From: Camelus dromedarius
Lineage: Eukaryota
Direction: 5' to 3'
DNA: 64,000 bases
Assembly: GCF_036321535.1 (NCBI RefSeq)
Contig: NC_087437.1
Location: 78,990,001-79,054,000, forward strand
In this document: positions 38,901-53,129 of the stretch, one piece after another
How positions within the stretch are numbered: the first letter of the stretch is position 1
Layout of the letters: each line of letters opens with the position of its first letter
Notes under the pieces: generated by a model
Seen by the model: only the letters and a program-made list of their open reading frames with translations
Database searches by the model: none
What the model was told of the DNA's origin: nothing
Position numbers and translations under genes: made by a program

Positions 38901-40595
38901 TGCAAATAGAAAAGATGTGGAATCTCCCCTATGACTCTACAAACTCATTTAAGCAACACAACATTACTGGCATTGTCCTAATTATTAGGAAAAAGTATCT
39001 AAGACATATCCACTGCCACTTAAGAAGTTAGGTTTAATGGGATATTGACATGTTAAAAAGTAATTTTAATGCATTGTCTGATAAATATTCATCCCTGTCA
39101 GAAAAGTGGGAACATGGAGCCCAGCCTCTATTTAGAGCTCTAGTCACCTTAGCTGAGAATGGAACACAAGGCTGGGCATCAAACTGCACACTGTGGAGAT
39201 GGCTAATTCAGAAGTCTGTCCAAGGGTGAAACAAAAGTAAGAAAAACTATCTGTGAGACTTTGGAAAGAGGCGGAATCTAAGTATAAGAAAGTAAACTGG
39301 CATATGGAGATATTTGAAGATGTGATTTAAAGCATAACCTAGGAAGAATAGCCTGAAAAGTTCTCTTGAGTCTAAAAGCATATTTGTATTTTTGCTTTGG
39401 TTTTGTTTGGTTTGATATGAGTTCTTGTGTGGACTCAGAAGTGATTTTTTAAAATATGTCTATTAAGAAATCAGTAAAAAAAACTTACTCTGCATAGGAC
39501 GTCTGCAATCATGTTCATGGCAAGCAATAAAAAGGAACTAGCATTCAAAACATTTTGAGTTTATTTGCAAGACCAAGGTAGAAGAAAGAACACGCAGAGA
39601 CTTGGAGACATGATAATGCATGATGTCTTTGGCTGTGCAAAATGTTGATAAAGCTAAAGTTTAGCCTATGGGAATATAAATGATTTGGGAGAAATAAATG
39701 ATGAGCAAATTTTGGATTTGAGGTAACCATAGAACATCCAGGAAAAGCATAATTCATAGAGGCTTGAAATGCAAATCTGAAACTCAGGAAGGAGACTTTT
39801 GCCCTTGGGAAGGCATTAGTATGTAAGGAGCTGAATTAAATGAGGTCATTATGTATATATACATATACATAAATACGTGCATATGGATATACAGAGAAGG
39901 AGAAAAAAGAAAGCAGCATCCATACCAAATGAGCACTAGATATGTATGACAGTGATATCTCATAGCAGTACTATGATGTAAGTATTAATGTAGTATTTTA
40001 ATATATGAGGAAACTGAGTATCAAAGAAGTTATGCTTTTCCTAAGATTATATATACTGTTTGAAACAAGAGATTGAAATCAACACTTCATGGCTTGAATG
40101 CTATTCCTGGTCTCCAACTACACAATGCTATTTATAAGACTTTTGAAAAGCAAAATATGAAAATAAAGGAAGAGGAGAAGTCTGAGAAGCAACCATTAGA
40201 GATGTTTCTCTACAGGCCTATTAGCACATTGACAATCCAACTTCCATTTCCTCTGATTTGTTACCCTCATTCCAGCAAAACTAGCTTAGATATCATCATC
40301 TACCATTTCAGTCATCCTCTTCCAAATACCCTGACCTTCTTTGCTTTTCTCCTTTTTATTAAAACTACCTGGTAAAACTGTGATCTTTCATGAATGTACC
40401 TATCTTTCTTCAACACCACCAAATTTGATGTTTTGAAATATCACTATTAAGTCATGCCCAGAATCATAACTTGGGTTTCTCAACACACTGCGGAAAAATC
40501 CTAGTAGTTTTCTTCAGGCACATTTCCCACCTTTTTTTCTGAATAATTATATCAGATCTTGCAAACTTATGATTACCATTTGTGTACAGACACAG

Positions 40596-40617
40596 ACACA
40601 CACACACACACACACAC
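40596..40617. repeat. (AC)11 microsatellite
   Basis: Directly visible. Confidence 0.9.
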
Positions 40618-41456
40618 TCACTCACATTCCTACTTTTAGAAAATAACCCTTTCTACTACCTTCAAGAAAACAGAAACTGTCCAAGGGTATCTCCCTCAGT
40701 GTCACACTACCATGTGTATAGTGTTACAGGGACACATGACCATCTTCTCCTTTACATGGTTACACTGGAAATGATACCTTTCTCTTGGCCCACTTTTTAT
40801 ATTTCCAGAACACAGGGAAAGACAAGCCAAAATCAAACCAGAAGATTGTTAAATAAATTATGTTTTCTCCTTCTTTCTTGGAAAATATAACTTTACATTT
40901 ACTTTACAACCAGGGAATCAGATTTGAATTTAAATTTCTTCCACTCCTCATAATCCCTTCTAGGAACTTGACAACACCAGGAAAGTTGCCTTAAAGCCCT
41001 CAGCTGCTTTTAAAGCTGGCCTGCCTACTTTCTCTTTTCACTCCTTTTGCTTACTAATTTTCATCTATTTCTTACCTGATGATCACGTATGTGGAGAAAC
41101 ATCTTCACATTCAAGATGTTTTTTTTTTAATATGCCTACAAGGACCTGTCTCTTGGCTGTACCATGTCTCTTGGGATGTACATGGTGGGCATACTGGCAG
41201 TTATATTTCTTACAGGGTGGAAGAATATGAAGAGACCCAAGCAGCCATGGAGGTAGCTTATCATACATGTTTTCAGGGCATTGCAGTATCGTGGGAGCTA
41301 GAAGGGCTGGCATGGATTCCAGATGGATATGTCCCCTTTGTCCCAAGAAGTCCTCAGTCCTGTACTGTCAAGTATGGTCAAAGGAGGGTCATAGAGAAGC
41401 TTTCTAAACACCAGCTCCAGAAAAGAGTGTGGGGAGTCTCCTACTTGGATTCAATT

Positions 41457-41646
41457 TAAGTTTGCCAGAAAAATGCAGCATGTCTAGTTAAATTTGAATT
41501 TCAGGCAAATGACAAACACAATTTTAGTATTAAGTATGACCCAACTATTATATTGGACATACTTATAGTAAAAATATTCATTGCTTATCTGAAATTCAGT
41601 TTAATTGGAAATTGTATATTTTTATTTGCTAAATCTGGAAATCCTA
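41457..41646. mobile_element. MER53 palindromic hAT MITE
   Basis: TIRs 'taagtttgccaga' and 'tctggaaatccta'; arms 'agttaaatttgaatttcagg...taagtatgacccaa' and 'ttggacatacttat...tatctgaaattcagtttaatt'. Confidence 0.88.
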
Positions 41647-41899
41647 GTCTAAGGGACAGAATGTCTTCATCCATCTAATGACCTTACTTCTTCTTAGGGC
41701 CTGTATTACATTATATGCTGTCTTCTAGGAAACTTTTATTGATTATTGTTGTCTCTCCTTTATCTTCACCCTTCTATTCTGTAAGCACTTTCCTATCATT
41801 TAAAAGTTCCCCTAAGAACCTACAATTTGTATTATTTAAAATATTTTTAAAGGCACAATTTAAAAGCTCCCAAATTCCACTGTGTTTTTAACATCGTCA

Positions 41900-42740
41900 T
41901 CTTAACCCATTCTCTCCATTACTGTCAAATTTTTCAAGATGTATTTATGCTGCTTACATTTCTTCTACCAACTAATTCCATTCTGTTATCCTCTTGTATC
42001 ACTGCACAGCATTTTCCACGTTCTGTCAATGCCATTAAATCCAATGAATATTTTTTAGTCTTCTGATTTCACTATGCGCCGTATCTTCATTCTTTAATTA
42101 TATTTTCTTTAGTTTCCACAACACTACACACCTCAGGTATTATTCTTACTTAATTGTCCTCTGCTCAGTCTTTATTAGCTCATCATTATTTACCTCATGT
42201 TTAAATGTTTAAGTTCTTGAAGATATCTTGAATTTATTTCTCTTAATGCTTTTCACATTTTCCCTAGAAAACACATATGTACATATAGTGATTTCCAAAA
42301 AGAATATATCCAATCCAAATTGTCTTTTAAACTTGGGACAAGTTTATTACATTGGTTTCTTGACATCTCTGCTTGAATGTATCAAAAACAACTATTTTAA
42401 GACATCAGAACTCCGATCTCTGAGACTTGATTCTTTAATCATTTTTTGATCTTTCAGAAAATTGAATAAACTACACCATCAATATGCTCACAACAAAAGC
42501 AGTAATCACTGATATCAAGTAGAGTATTGGTTAAGGCTCATAATTAAGTGCATGAACATTTGAAAAAGCAAAATTTTCAAATTAGGTACTTTCACCTAGT
42601 TTTCCTGACAATTTTAACCACTACCAATTCTACTTTCTTTACTTTTTACGTGACTGATAACTTCCATTCTCACTTTGTCTCCAACCCTAAAACTGTCCAA
42701 TATGCATCGATTTTCTTACCTACTAAATGCATAGTGTCTT
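41900..42740 (+). mobile_element. L2 LINE fragments
   Basis: 'aaatccaatgaatatttttt', 'ttgacatctctgcttgaatgtatc' resemble L2. Confidence 0.45.
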
Positions 42741-44415
42741 AATCTAGGATCACTTGGTTATAAGAAACTAGGATTGGTTACTTGTAAATATTGGTTTGAT
42801 TATAAGTAACAAATGTCTCAAAACTACCATAATTATTAAGGAGGATTTGAGCAGCTTACTGAGGTCAAAAGTGTCAATATGATTCTGAAATATTTCCCAC
42901 TGGACCAAAACCCTAAAAAGTAAAGCTACCAGGAGTCAAGGCTCTTGTATTTTCTTGGTATTTGTCCCTATAAATGGTCTTTTTTTTTCTGGCAGGGTAA
43001 GGAGATGGCACATAGTAAAATATGGCTGCTTGGCATTATATCCATATGCTCAACAGGGTCTGAATGCAGAAACTGTGTGGTCTTTTCCTAGGAAAGTAAG
43101 TATCAATAGTATGACTTGGGACAAGTGAACACCTGTAGTTTTATCAGCAATGGCCAGAAGGTGGTATCAAGGATTTCCTTGAGAAAAGTTTTCAGAGCAG
43201 ACTGAGAAAGGCATAACCATGTTCTCTACGAAGAATATATGGGAGTGGGAAGGAAATCATAAGCAAAGGAAATGATTATCATCTCTCCTACTGTGGGTGG
43301 AAGTATATTATAATTACTGTGATTTTGATTCCTTATCAGAATCTAAAAGCGTATCAGGAGAAAAGCCATTGGCACTATTCATCAGTGAGTTTATTTCATA
43401 CTATCATTCATAACCTATAGATTCTTACTATAGAGAAGAAAGACAATTATACAAACTAAAGATAGTGTTGTAGAAGCTACTTTTCATTTACAATCTGTAA
43501 TTCCACTATCTGCTAATGAACATTCGTTGAGAGTGATAAGTAAACTTAATGAGTGTCTGATATAATGTAGACTGTGTCATATTTGAGAATGGCCAAACTA
43601 TGTTATATATTTCTATATAATGTTAATCCAAAACAAAGACTGATTAATTAATTTTTGAATCTTTACTTACACTTTAGATTAACTGACTTCAGAAGTCAAG
43701 ATAAACATATAAACTGTGGGGAGAAAACCTAACATTCCAGATTTAAAATAAGATAATTATAAATTTGAAAGATGTTAAGTGTTAATATAATTTAAATAAT
43801 TAAATTAAATAATATAATTAAATTAGAATATCTTTAGTAGAGTGACTCACAATTAAAAGCTTGTTAGTTCTATTATCTGGATCTCAGTTTAGGTTTCCTA
43901 TGATCTTTCACTATGTTATTCAGGAAAAAAAATGTTGCTTAGAAATACTTCATATTCACTGCAAAGCAGCACATAGCACAAATTAAAATTTCTTAATAAA
44001 ATACTACCTAGGTAAAATTATATGTGTACATCTTATTTCTATGAATGGTATGTGTGCCTCTGTGTATGTGTGTGTTCAGCTTGGACAAGGACAATGTCTG
44101 GAGAATTAAATAGCTATAGTGTTCTCTCTTTTATATATAAGTAATACATCATTTGCACATAAATGATCCAGATGATTCTTATTAATGAGGCCAGAATTAC
44201 TTATATTTCAGAAAGATAATCAGTTAGTATAGTATGTATTCAGTTGTGTTTATCATGAATAATCAATAGTTCATCACCTTTAATCATATCTAATTTCAGG
44301 TACTTTAAATAAGTATAACACCTTCACTTAAACTGAATGATGTTTGAATATATTTTACTTATTGTATGAAAAGGAAATCTGTGAAATGACAAGTAGAAGT
44401 TACTGATCATAAACA

Positions 44416-44416
<1 letters not shown>

Positions 44417-44450
<34 letters not shown>

Positions 44451-44460
44451 GATATATATA
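44417..44460. repeat. Interrupted (TA)n microsatellite
   Basis: Directly visible. Confidence 0.9.
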
Positions 44461-44479
44461 ATCAGACTTACAACCATAA

Positions 44480-44690
44480 TGAAGATAATGATAGCTAGTT
44501 TTACAGAGCATTAATATGTACCTTATATATAAGAATTCTTCTAACCTTTGTAACTATATATTACCTCCATTTTATAGAAATAGAAACTGAGAGACAAAAG
44601 CATTAAGTAATGTGTCAAAGAACAGAATTGGCAAAACCAAGGTTCTAATCTAGGCAATCTGTACTCAAGTTTTTATTACTCTCAGAAAAA
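44480..44690 (-). mobile_element. MIR SINE
   Basis: 'ctccattttatagaaatagaaactgagagacaaaagcattaagtaatgtgtcaaag...taggcaatctg'. Confidence 0.65.
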
Positions 44691-46605
44691 CAGTAAAGGA
44701 TCTTTCACACATTTGGGCTGCTGAATATGAGCTCTTTTATTTATCAGTTCTTCTCTAGTCATCACTGAGAACTCATTATTTTGTGTCACTCCTTTGAAAC
44801 AGCAAGTGAATCAGTGAAGATACCCAGTGATTCTAACCCTCTTCCACACATTTCGCTGAGGTTGCGTGTCCTGCAAATTTCATCTCTTCATTTCATAAGT
44901 GTCCCGGAGGTCCTTTCAGTCTCCTTCGGTACCACTATTGCTCCCCTGCTGTTGCTTTTCTCTGTTGTCCAGGATCCAAAGCTACTGCTGCTGCACTGTT
45001 ACCTTTGTCTCATCTATATCTGTTCCCGTAACTACTGATTTTATCGTAGAAGTTCCAAGAATCCCTCTCATTCTCCTCACCCTCAATTCCTCAGTTGCCA
45101 GTTCTGTGTCATTGAGAGAGGAGTTGCTATCCAGAAATGTAATACTCAATTCATGTGTGTCTCCTCAAAGCAATTTCACTTCATTAGTTTTCTCTCAATC
45201 TTGTAAACCTTTACTGTTCTTTCTATTACAACAATTTTGTAAAATTGTAAATATCCTCTTCAAACTTATTCTGGCAACATTTACTTGAAACCATCAGTGT
45301 TGTATAGAAAAGCACTTCCACATGTTCAAATAAACCAAATTTCCAGGCAGCCTAACTTTCTGATTCCTCCTCTGACCACTAACAGATCTGGGCCTGCTTC
45401 TGTCCCTCTATGTTTTGAATTTATAACTCTTAGATCTTCTCAGTATTGCAGACTTAATTTCTCATTATTCTTAGGAGACAAGAGTGTTCTTTTGTAAATC
45501 AAATGTAAGAAGAAAGAAATTAGCATATACTGCTTATTATTAAGTGCCCATTTCTTCCCAGGTGCTTTATGTACATATATGCCATTTCATTTTCATAATA
45601 ATACTATAAAAGAGGTATTATCATACCAGTTTACAGAGAAGCCTAGAAAATTAAATATCATGCTCATTCTTAACTGCACCTAGATAGGAGCACAAACCAT
45701 TTTTGCCTGAGTCCAAAGAATGCTTGCCTTCTTTTGTTTCCTACTCATAGTAAACATATAGGGACTTACACACTTACATAGAATTGTAGTTTTAATTCCA
45801 TGCAGAAAATTCCCAGTAGAAACTAAGAGACCAATATATTCAAGCAGGGGAATTAGCATAATCCACACTTCAGAAGCAAATGAGAACACATTTCAGAGGC
45901 TCACCAAAAGAGTATTTTGACCCAGCTTTCTTGATCTGTGCTAAGAGTGAGTTGCAAAATCAGCTTTTGTGTCCTGTATCCCTTTATTCTCTACTCCCAA
46001 TGCCCAGTTACATATATTTCTAATTACAACCAAAACTTTTCACTTCCTGTAGTTTAGTGAGTCTACTGGAATTTCGGGAGAAAAAAATGATAAAGCATAT
46101 GGAAATAATTTATAGGGTGTGTTCTCAAATTTGAGTAATGTAAGACACTAGGAGGAAAATACCAGAAGACACCAAAAAACAAAGATTTAGTTATTTTTCT
46201 TCCTTACTCATACCTCACATATATATGAAATTATTGTTTTATGTTAGATGACAGATGATTATTTTTAATGTTTAAATGCATATAGGAATATGCATACAAA
46301 GGGAAAGGAACATATTACAATGTTAAAAATATAGTGTTTTGGTCACATTTATATCTTAGATCCTACACCTTTATGTGCTTTCCAAAGTATCTCTACATCA
46401 ACAGTCATTAAGATATACACACACACATATACATGTGTATATATGTATATATGTATGTATATACATATACACAAATATATATTCATAGCCATATCATATT
46501 TATATCCATCTCATTTGACCAAATGAAGTAGTATCCAGCTTCCCTGCCAACTTCAGTTTTCTCTAAATTCTTGTTTCTTCTTCACAAACCCAGAATGACC
46601 ATTTT

Positions 46606-46840
46606 TTCTAGTTTCATTGAGATAGAATTGACATAATACTGTTTTAGTTTAAGGTGTACAGTATAATGATTGGATATGTGTATATATTATAAAATGATTA
46701 CTGTAATAAGTTTAGTTAACATCCATCACCACACATAGTTATTTTTTTTCTTATGAAGAAAACTTTTAAGATCTACTCTTTTAGCAACTTTCAAATCTAC
46801 AATATAGTATTGTTAACTGTAGTCTCTGTGCTGTACATTA
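46606..46840 (-). mobile_element. L1MA9-like 3' end, antisense
   Basis: 'ttgagatagaattgacataat...aaggtgtacagtataatgat...gttaacatccatcacc...ttaagatctactcttttagcaactttcaa'. Confidence 0.85.
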
Positions 46841-46853
46841 TGAGACCATTTTA

Positions 46854-47300
46854 TTTATTTATTTTTAGCTGCTATTCTTTTTTATTTATACATGTTTTTA
46901 TTGAAGTATAGTCAGTTTATAATGTGTCAGTTTCTGATGTACAACATAATGCTTCAGTCATACATGAACATACATATATTCATTTTCATATTCTTTTTCA
47001 CCATAAGTTTCTACAAGATATTGAATGTAGTTCCCTGTGCTATACAGTATGTACTTGTGGTGTATCTATTTTATATATTAGTTATTATCTGCAAATCTTG
47101 AACTCCCAATTTATCCCTTCCCACTCCCTTCCCGTCCTGGTAACCATAGTTTGTTTTCTATGTCTGTAAGTCTATTTCTGCTTTGTAAATAAGTTTGCCT
47201 TTTTTTTTTTTTTTAGATTCCAATTATAGGTGATATCATATAGTATTTTTCTTTCTCTTTCTGGCTTACTTCACTTAGAGTGACAATCTCCAGGTCCATC
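46854..47300 (-). mobile_element. Young camelid-type L1 3' end, antisense, with TSD
   Basis: Closely similar to 37509-38055 ('ttttattgaagtatagtcagttta...ttttctttctctttctggcttacttcacttaga'). TSD cattatgagaccatttta (46836-46853) versus cattatatgaccatttta (47301-47318). Confidence 0.88.
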
Positions 47301-49689
47301 CATTATATGACCATTTTAAAATTAAAATATAATCATGTTATGATCTGTATTAAAATAATCTCATAAATCCTTGTCATGAGTCCAAACTCTTTAACACAGC
47401 TATAAGACACAAGCTCCTCTGACCATGTATCTGTTCATACTCAGCCATGTAGAAAAGCCACTAAATAAAGGTACCTGAGTACACCTGGCCCTTAGCTAAT
47501 TCCCATGGTTTTGTTCATCTCATTTCTCACTTTATTCAAGTCTCTGCTCAATGCCATCTCCAATGGAGGTCCCTCGATTTCTTATTGCTCTTTAATCAAT
47601 AGTAGTTTATAATATATAATAGTGAATTTCACTAATTTTTCTAATGACATTTGATGTAATTTTTTACTTTAAATAAATGTAGATATAATTGAATTGTTGA
47701 TAAATTTTATAAATTCTACAAAGTATCAAATAAAAAGAACAACCTCAGGCACAATCGTTAGTGAAACAATAATAACATCAAGTGACATGAATTATTTCCA
47801 GGTATAAATAGCACGGCCATAATCCATAATATGAAACCAAAGAGGTGAAAACATTCCAAGGAATATGCTACTCCCTCCTGTAAACATTTGCTTTTTTATT
47901 AATAACTTATATAATGTTCTTATGGGAAATAATTGGAAAAGTTTTTTATTATTTATTACTAAATAAGTTGTTCCTTAGTGAATTACCTTAAAAACTTAAC
48001 TCATATGTTAAATTGCAATTTATGATGTGAGTAAAATTTAAATAATGCAGACTTTGTTTCCTTTATACCATAATCCATTAGGGTCATGAGGATTCTCAGA
48101 AGGCAAACTTTCACTTAGGTATAGAGTTATGCAGAGAACTACAATTGTTAAAATAGCCAGTATATAGAATGCACACTGTTGACACAAGATCGTAAACTAT
48201 CTTTTGTTGTTTTTATTTTTAAAAAAGCAAGGTGATATTTCTAATATACATGTAAGTATATTGAGGCTATTGTAATGCATCCCAAAAGAATAATGCTGTT
48301 GCAGCAGAATTAACTATTAGTTGGACTGAAACAAATAATTTTCCTTGCCTCACATGCAAGTCAATGGACAGATCTACAATTTTGTAGTATTTTATTTGAA
48401 TGAAATGATCTATAATCACCAGATCTAGATATGCAAAGACAAATAGCATTTTATGAAGCTATTTTATTCTTTGCTCTTTTCCCCAAAAGAAAGCCTATGA
48501 ATAATGTGAACACTATGTCATTTGAAAATTTAATAATTATACTTCTATTTACATTAATATTTATACTTCTATTTATATTTTATTTTAAAATACTTCTAAT
48601 GAAAATTAGCCTGTTTCCCTTGTAAAAGTCTTTTATTAATTTAAAAGTTATCTCATAGATTGTGAAATGAATAAACACATACACGTGAGGCAATTGGACA
48701 TACACATGCCATTTACATTTTCTATAATAGCAATCAAAGTTCCTAAGAAGCAAATATTATGTATACACAGAAGAAACATTTAGAGTTCTTAGTTGGGAAG
48801 TTTCAAATTCAAATGCTAGATAAGTAAGTTAAAAATAATACAGTGACAATTGGATTTCATAATATTGACACACAATTGTTACTTCCTTTATAAAAACAGA
48901 GAAATAATTATTCCTGGAATTTGGTCATCCTCCATAATAAAAGTAGTCAACTATAGCCTCATGAGTATTACAAATGTATTCATACATTACTTGTTACTAA
49001 CTCTATATTCCACTTTACTTCAAATTCAAAATCTTTAATTGTATTAGAGAAAAAAGTAACAACATTTTCAATGGAGGAATAAAATGAGAAGTCTTCCTCT
49101 ATAATAGTTGTTTTCACAGTTCAACAAGACAGCAGTGCCCTTTTTTGTAAATCAACTCAATTATAGAATGCTGATATAGATAAATAAACAATAAAAGTAA
49201 AGTATGTCCTACCAGATTCTTCCCTGCACAGTCTCATCTCTGAGAAGCCTGAGGTTCTGCAAAGCAATTTGAAAATGTTCCAAAAAGCATTTGCTTTTTT
49301 GCTTGTTGTAGTAGAAATTAACTGACTTATTTTTTGCTTATTCTTCAAACTAATATGCTCTAAAAATACATTCACTGTTGTCATAATTAGTCAGGGGAGG
49401 TTTATTTTTGGTTTTCCTAAATGCATCAGTACAGTTTTCTGAAACGTTTTCATCTTGCTCAATCTCTATCTTCCTTTGATATTTTTTCTCTTTTACTTTC
49501 TTGCAATAAGATCATTGGTAGAAATAAATTAAAAATAGATACCTTTGTACCTTGACATTAGTCTGAAATCTAGTTATATTTTAAGGCAATTTTTTTGTGG
49601 GGTTTTTTTTCCATTTGAATCATGTTACTATGAAAAATTCATGGATATTTGAAAGATTCTGACATGGGGCTGTTTCACCAGTCTTCCCT

Positions 49690-51060
49690 GATGGCAGTTG
49701 TAGCCTTCCAATTACTCAGATCAAAAATATGGTGTAATTCTTGAGCATTCTCTTCTCTCTTGATCACTAGTATCTATTGCTTAAGGAAGTTCTTTTATCT
49801 GTGATATATTAAGAAAACAACCACTTCTTACCATCTCTGCTAGTACCTCCTTGTACCAATCTACTATCATCTCTAGTATCAATTGTTACATTGCTTCTCT
49901 GTAATCTATTCTGGGAAAACAACTATAGTCAAAGATTTGTGACTGCTCATAAATCTTCAGTGGTTTACCATCTTCCTGAGAATAAAAGACAAAGTCCTTA
50001 CAATGCTTTTGTGTGTGTATGTGTGTGTATATATATAACTAATAAGTTATATATATTTATCATATATATGTTTGCCATATTTATATGATACCTACATCTG
50101 TATCTTATTATAATAAGGAATTGGCTTTTGTGATTATTGAGGCTGAGCCATAATCTGCCATCTGAAGCTTAGGACTCAGGAAAGGTGGTGGTATTTTTTT
50201 TCTAGTCCACATTTGAAGGCCTGAGAACCAGAGAGCCAATGGTATGAATTCCAGTCTGAAGGCAGAAGGCTGATGTCTCCACTCAGTCAGGCAGAGAGAA
50301 ATGAATTCTTGCTACCTCTGCCACTTTTTCTATTCAGACCCTCAACACATTAAATGGTGCCCACTCATACTGTGGGGGACAATCTGCTTTACTCACTGTA
50401 CTGATTCAAGTGCTAATCTCATCAGAAAACACCTTCACAGACATACTCAGAAATATTGTTAACCAAATATGTGGGCACCACATGACCTAGTCAAATTGAT
50501 GCATAAAATTAAGCATCGCAGTGCCTTCCCAAGTCCTTTGTGAACTGATCACCATTACCCGAACATCTCATCTCTTGCCCTCCCACTGTTCCAGTTGCAC
50601 TGGTTTGTTTGATAGACCTTAAACACAGCAGACATGCTCTGAGTTTAGGACTTTTGTATTGACTGTTTCCTTTTATGAGAGCATATCTTACTCAGGTATC
50701 TGCATTTCTGATTCCTTTGCCTTTTTCAAGTCTGCTCAGAGAAACGTTACTACTGAGACTGCTCTAATTGTCCCATGTAAAATTGCAACTTTCCACTCTG
50801 CCTTGGACCACCTTGCAATCCCAATTCCCCTTTCTCTTCTCTGCCTTTTTTTTTTTTTCAACATAACATGTATCAACAGCTAATATACAATATAATTTCT
50901 TTATTGTTATTTATTATATGTCTTCTTTCACTAGGAAGTAAAATTGAAAGGGAATGATATTTGTATAATATGTTTGATGACGGTTCTAAGAACCAAAAAA
51001 GGAAGCTGGCACATTGTAAATCTTAGTGACTATTTATTAATAATAAATGAGGGGATGAAT
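49690..51060 (+). mobile_element. L2 3' region interrupted by an MLT2 LTR
   Basis: 'ccacttcttaccatctctgc' before the LTR; 'ttcaagtctgctcag...tatttattaataataaatga' after it. Confidence 0.6.
50100..50520 (-). mobile_element. ERVL solo LTR, MLT2B-like
   Basis: 'aaggaattggc...gaaggcctgagaaccagagagcc...ctagtcaaattgatgcataaaattaagcatcgca'. Confidence 0.85.
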
Positions 51061-53129
51061 AAATCCATATATAGGTGAAAAGATTTATTCTCAGTTGTCC
51101 CTTGAAACTTCTTTTGTACCTTTCTACATTTTAATCAATCACTTTTGACAAAGGCAGTGTAATATGCTGTAGCAGCTAATTGTTAATCTGTGCTATAGAT
51201 TGCTGTTTACTTCAGCATTATAACAAGACTGAGAGCATGGCCAATAGACATTTGGATATTGTACAGCTTCTTTAGGACAGTGGAATCTACACATGGTCTT
51301 CTGCTACTTGAGTAATAAGGCTAAGCACTGAGAATAATGAACAGAGTATAAGGAGTGATTTCCCCCCATTATGTAGCAAAAGCTGTTTTAATAACCTTGG
51401 TTATAGATAGTAAGAGAAAATAAAAGTCACTAACAAAAGATATTTATTCATCTATTAATCTTTAAAAGAAACACTGAATAGGTTTAATGTCTTAATATGT
51501 TACAAGTGAATATCAAATCTAAATTGATCTGAGTTGAACACATTACAACCCCCTAATATTATGTTATTCAAATGACAGATTTTTCCACTGTCTTTTTTAC
51601 CTTTCAGTATTTATTCTTCATATCATTTCTAAGTTGATTATTAGTGCTATTGAGCTAATTGCATGGTGATAAAATCATGTAAGAAAGACTAAGTTATCTA
51701 TCCAAGGACAAATGCTGTGCTTCAAGAATAAGATAAAATAAATATTTTTTAAAAAGATTTACATCTGTGTGACTGTAAGTCCTCTTCATCTCAAATCTCT
51801 TAATATTGAATATAGCTTTTTAAACCATGATAAGTATTTACACACTGCTAGTCTCTCTTTAAAACTGCTTTAATATATAAAAGGTAAATGAAAGTTAAAA
51901 GGTGAAGAAAAAAATCAGGATTTGAAAAATGAGAATAGGTTTTGTTTTTTAAGTGTTTTGGCATTTTTCACATGGCAACATATTGCCCAGCTGTGAGGTT
52001 GTTTGTCATCAAGTTTGAAAAGGTTACTGCATGACCACTCAAATGAAGTGTAAAATACTTAAACCTCTGCTTGCATTTAGAACGAGAAAGCTATTCATTA
52101 TATTTCATATTCTCACTCTCCACTTGTCTTCAAACACAATAACCTTGATGGATCCAACATGAATTGTATTCTATGAATATTTCAGGAAAGCAAGTGTAGC
52201 AATATCAGGCAATTGCTGCTTACAGGTCACTTCAGTTCATCTTTCTTCCTATTACTTTTTCTTGTTTTGTGACATAGGTATTATTTTTACAGCAGGTCTC
52301 AATGTAAAATGTTACTGCACAGGTACCATAGCAGGAGCTCAACTTAGTTTTTTCATTTTGAGTTTTGCGGCGCAATGCCTGAAACAACCCATTAGTCATA
52401 GTTGCTGTTTCTTGTTAGCTACAGGAGTCAGTCAATGTGTGCACCTGTATACTCTGATATTTGCCTCCACGTGTGCATGGTTTCCATTTTGTTTCATTTT
52501 CCTTCAGACTTGATTAATTGTAAATATTCTGATTCTTCCTTCTCATACAACAACTGACCATTATTTTCAGTTGATTAACCTGTGTCAGTCTTTGACTTCA
52601 AATTACCACCGGATCCCTTTCAGTGCCATTGATAATCCTCGACAACTCACTGCACACTTGTCTTTCTACCTGGCCCTTGGGATGGTTCTAAGCTTTAATT
52701 AATTAATGTTTCTCTTTCTTTCATGTGCTTTGGTAATAATTCCAAGGTTTCCTATCACATAAGAATATATGTTATTAGAATGTATTCACCAAGTTTCAGC
52801 ATTATCAATAAGTAGACACTCTGTACTTAAAATTGTTTATAATAATTAGGAAAAACTTTGCCATACTCATCATTTTTACATAAATAAATTTCTTCTAGAA
52901 ACATATACAATCAGTTTGTCAAAAGTGACAATAAAAAAGGGTAATCCTGTAATTAACCTTAATTCTGTAACTAACCTAATCCTTATGTTTCAATGACGGT
53001 AAAGTAGGAAATACATTGTTATCTTCACTGTAGGGAAACTTATCCTTTTTTTTAATCAAATGTTTAATGATAAGTTTTACTTCAATTTCAACAATTCAAT
53101 CTCTAAACTGATAAGAATAAAGAATTCTA

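Noticed and set aside
41079..41459. 126-aa ORF
   Set aside because: No recognisable similarity; lies in a probable old LTR-like block.
35655..50520. Two MLT2 LTRs as ends of one provirus
   Set aside because: They are about 14 kb apart, mutually diverged, have no ERVL internal sequence between them, and the second is nested in an L2.
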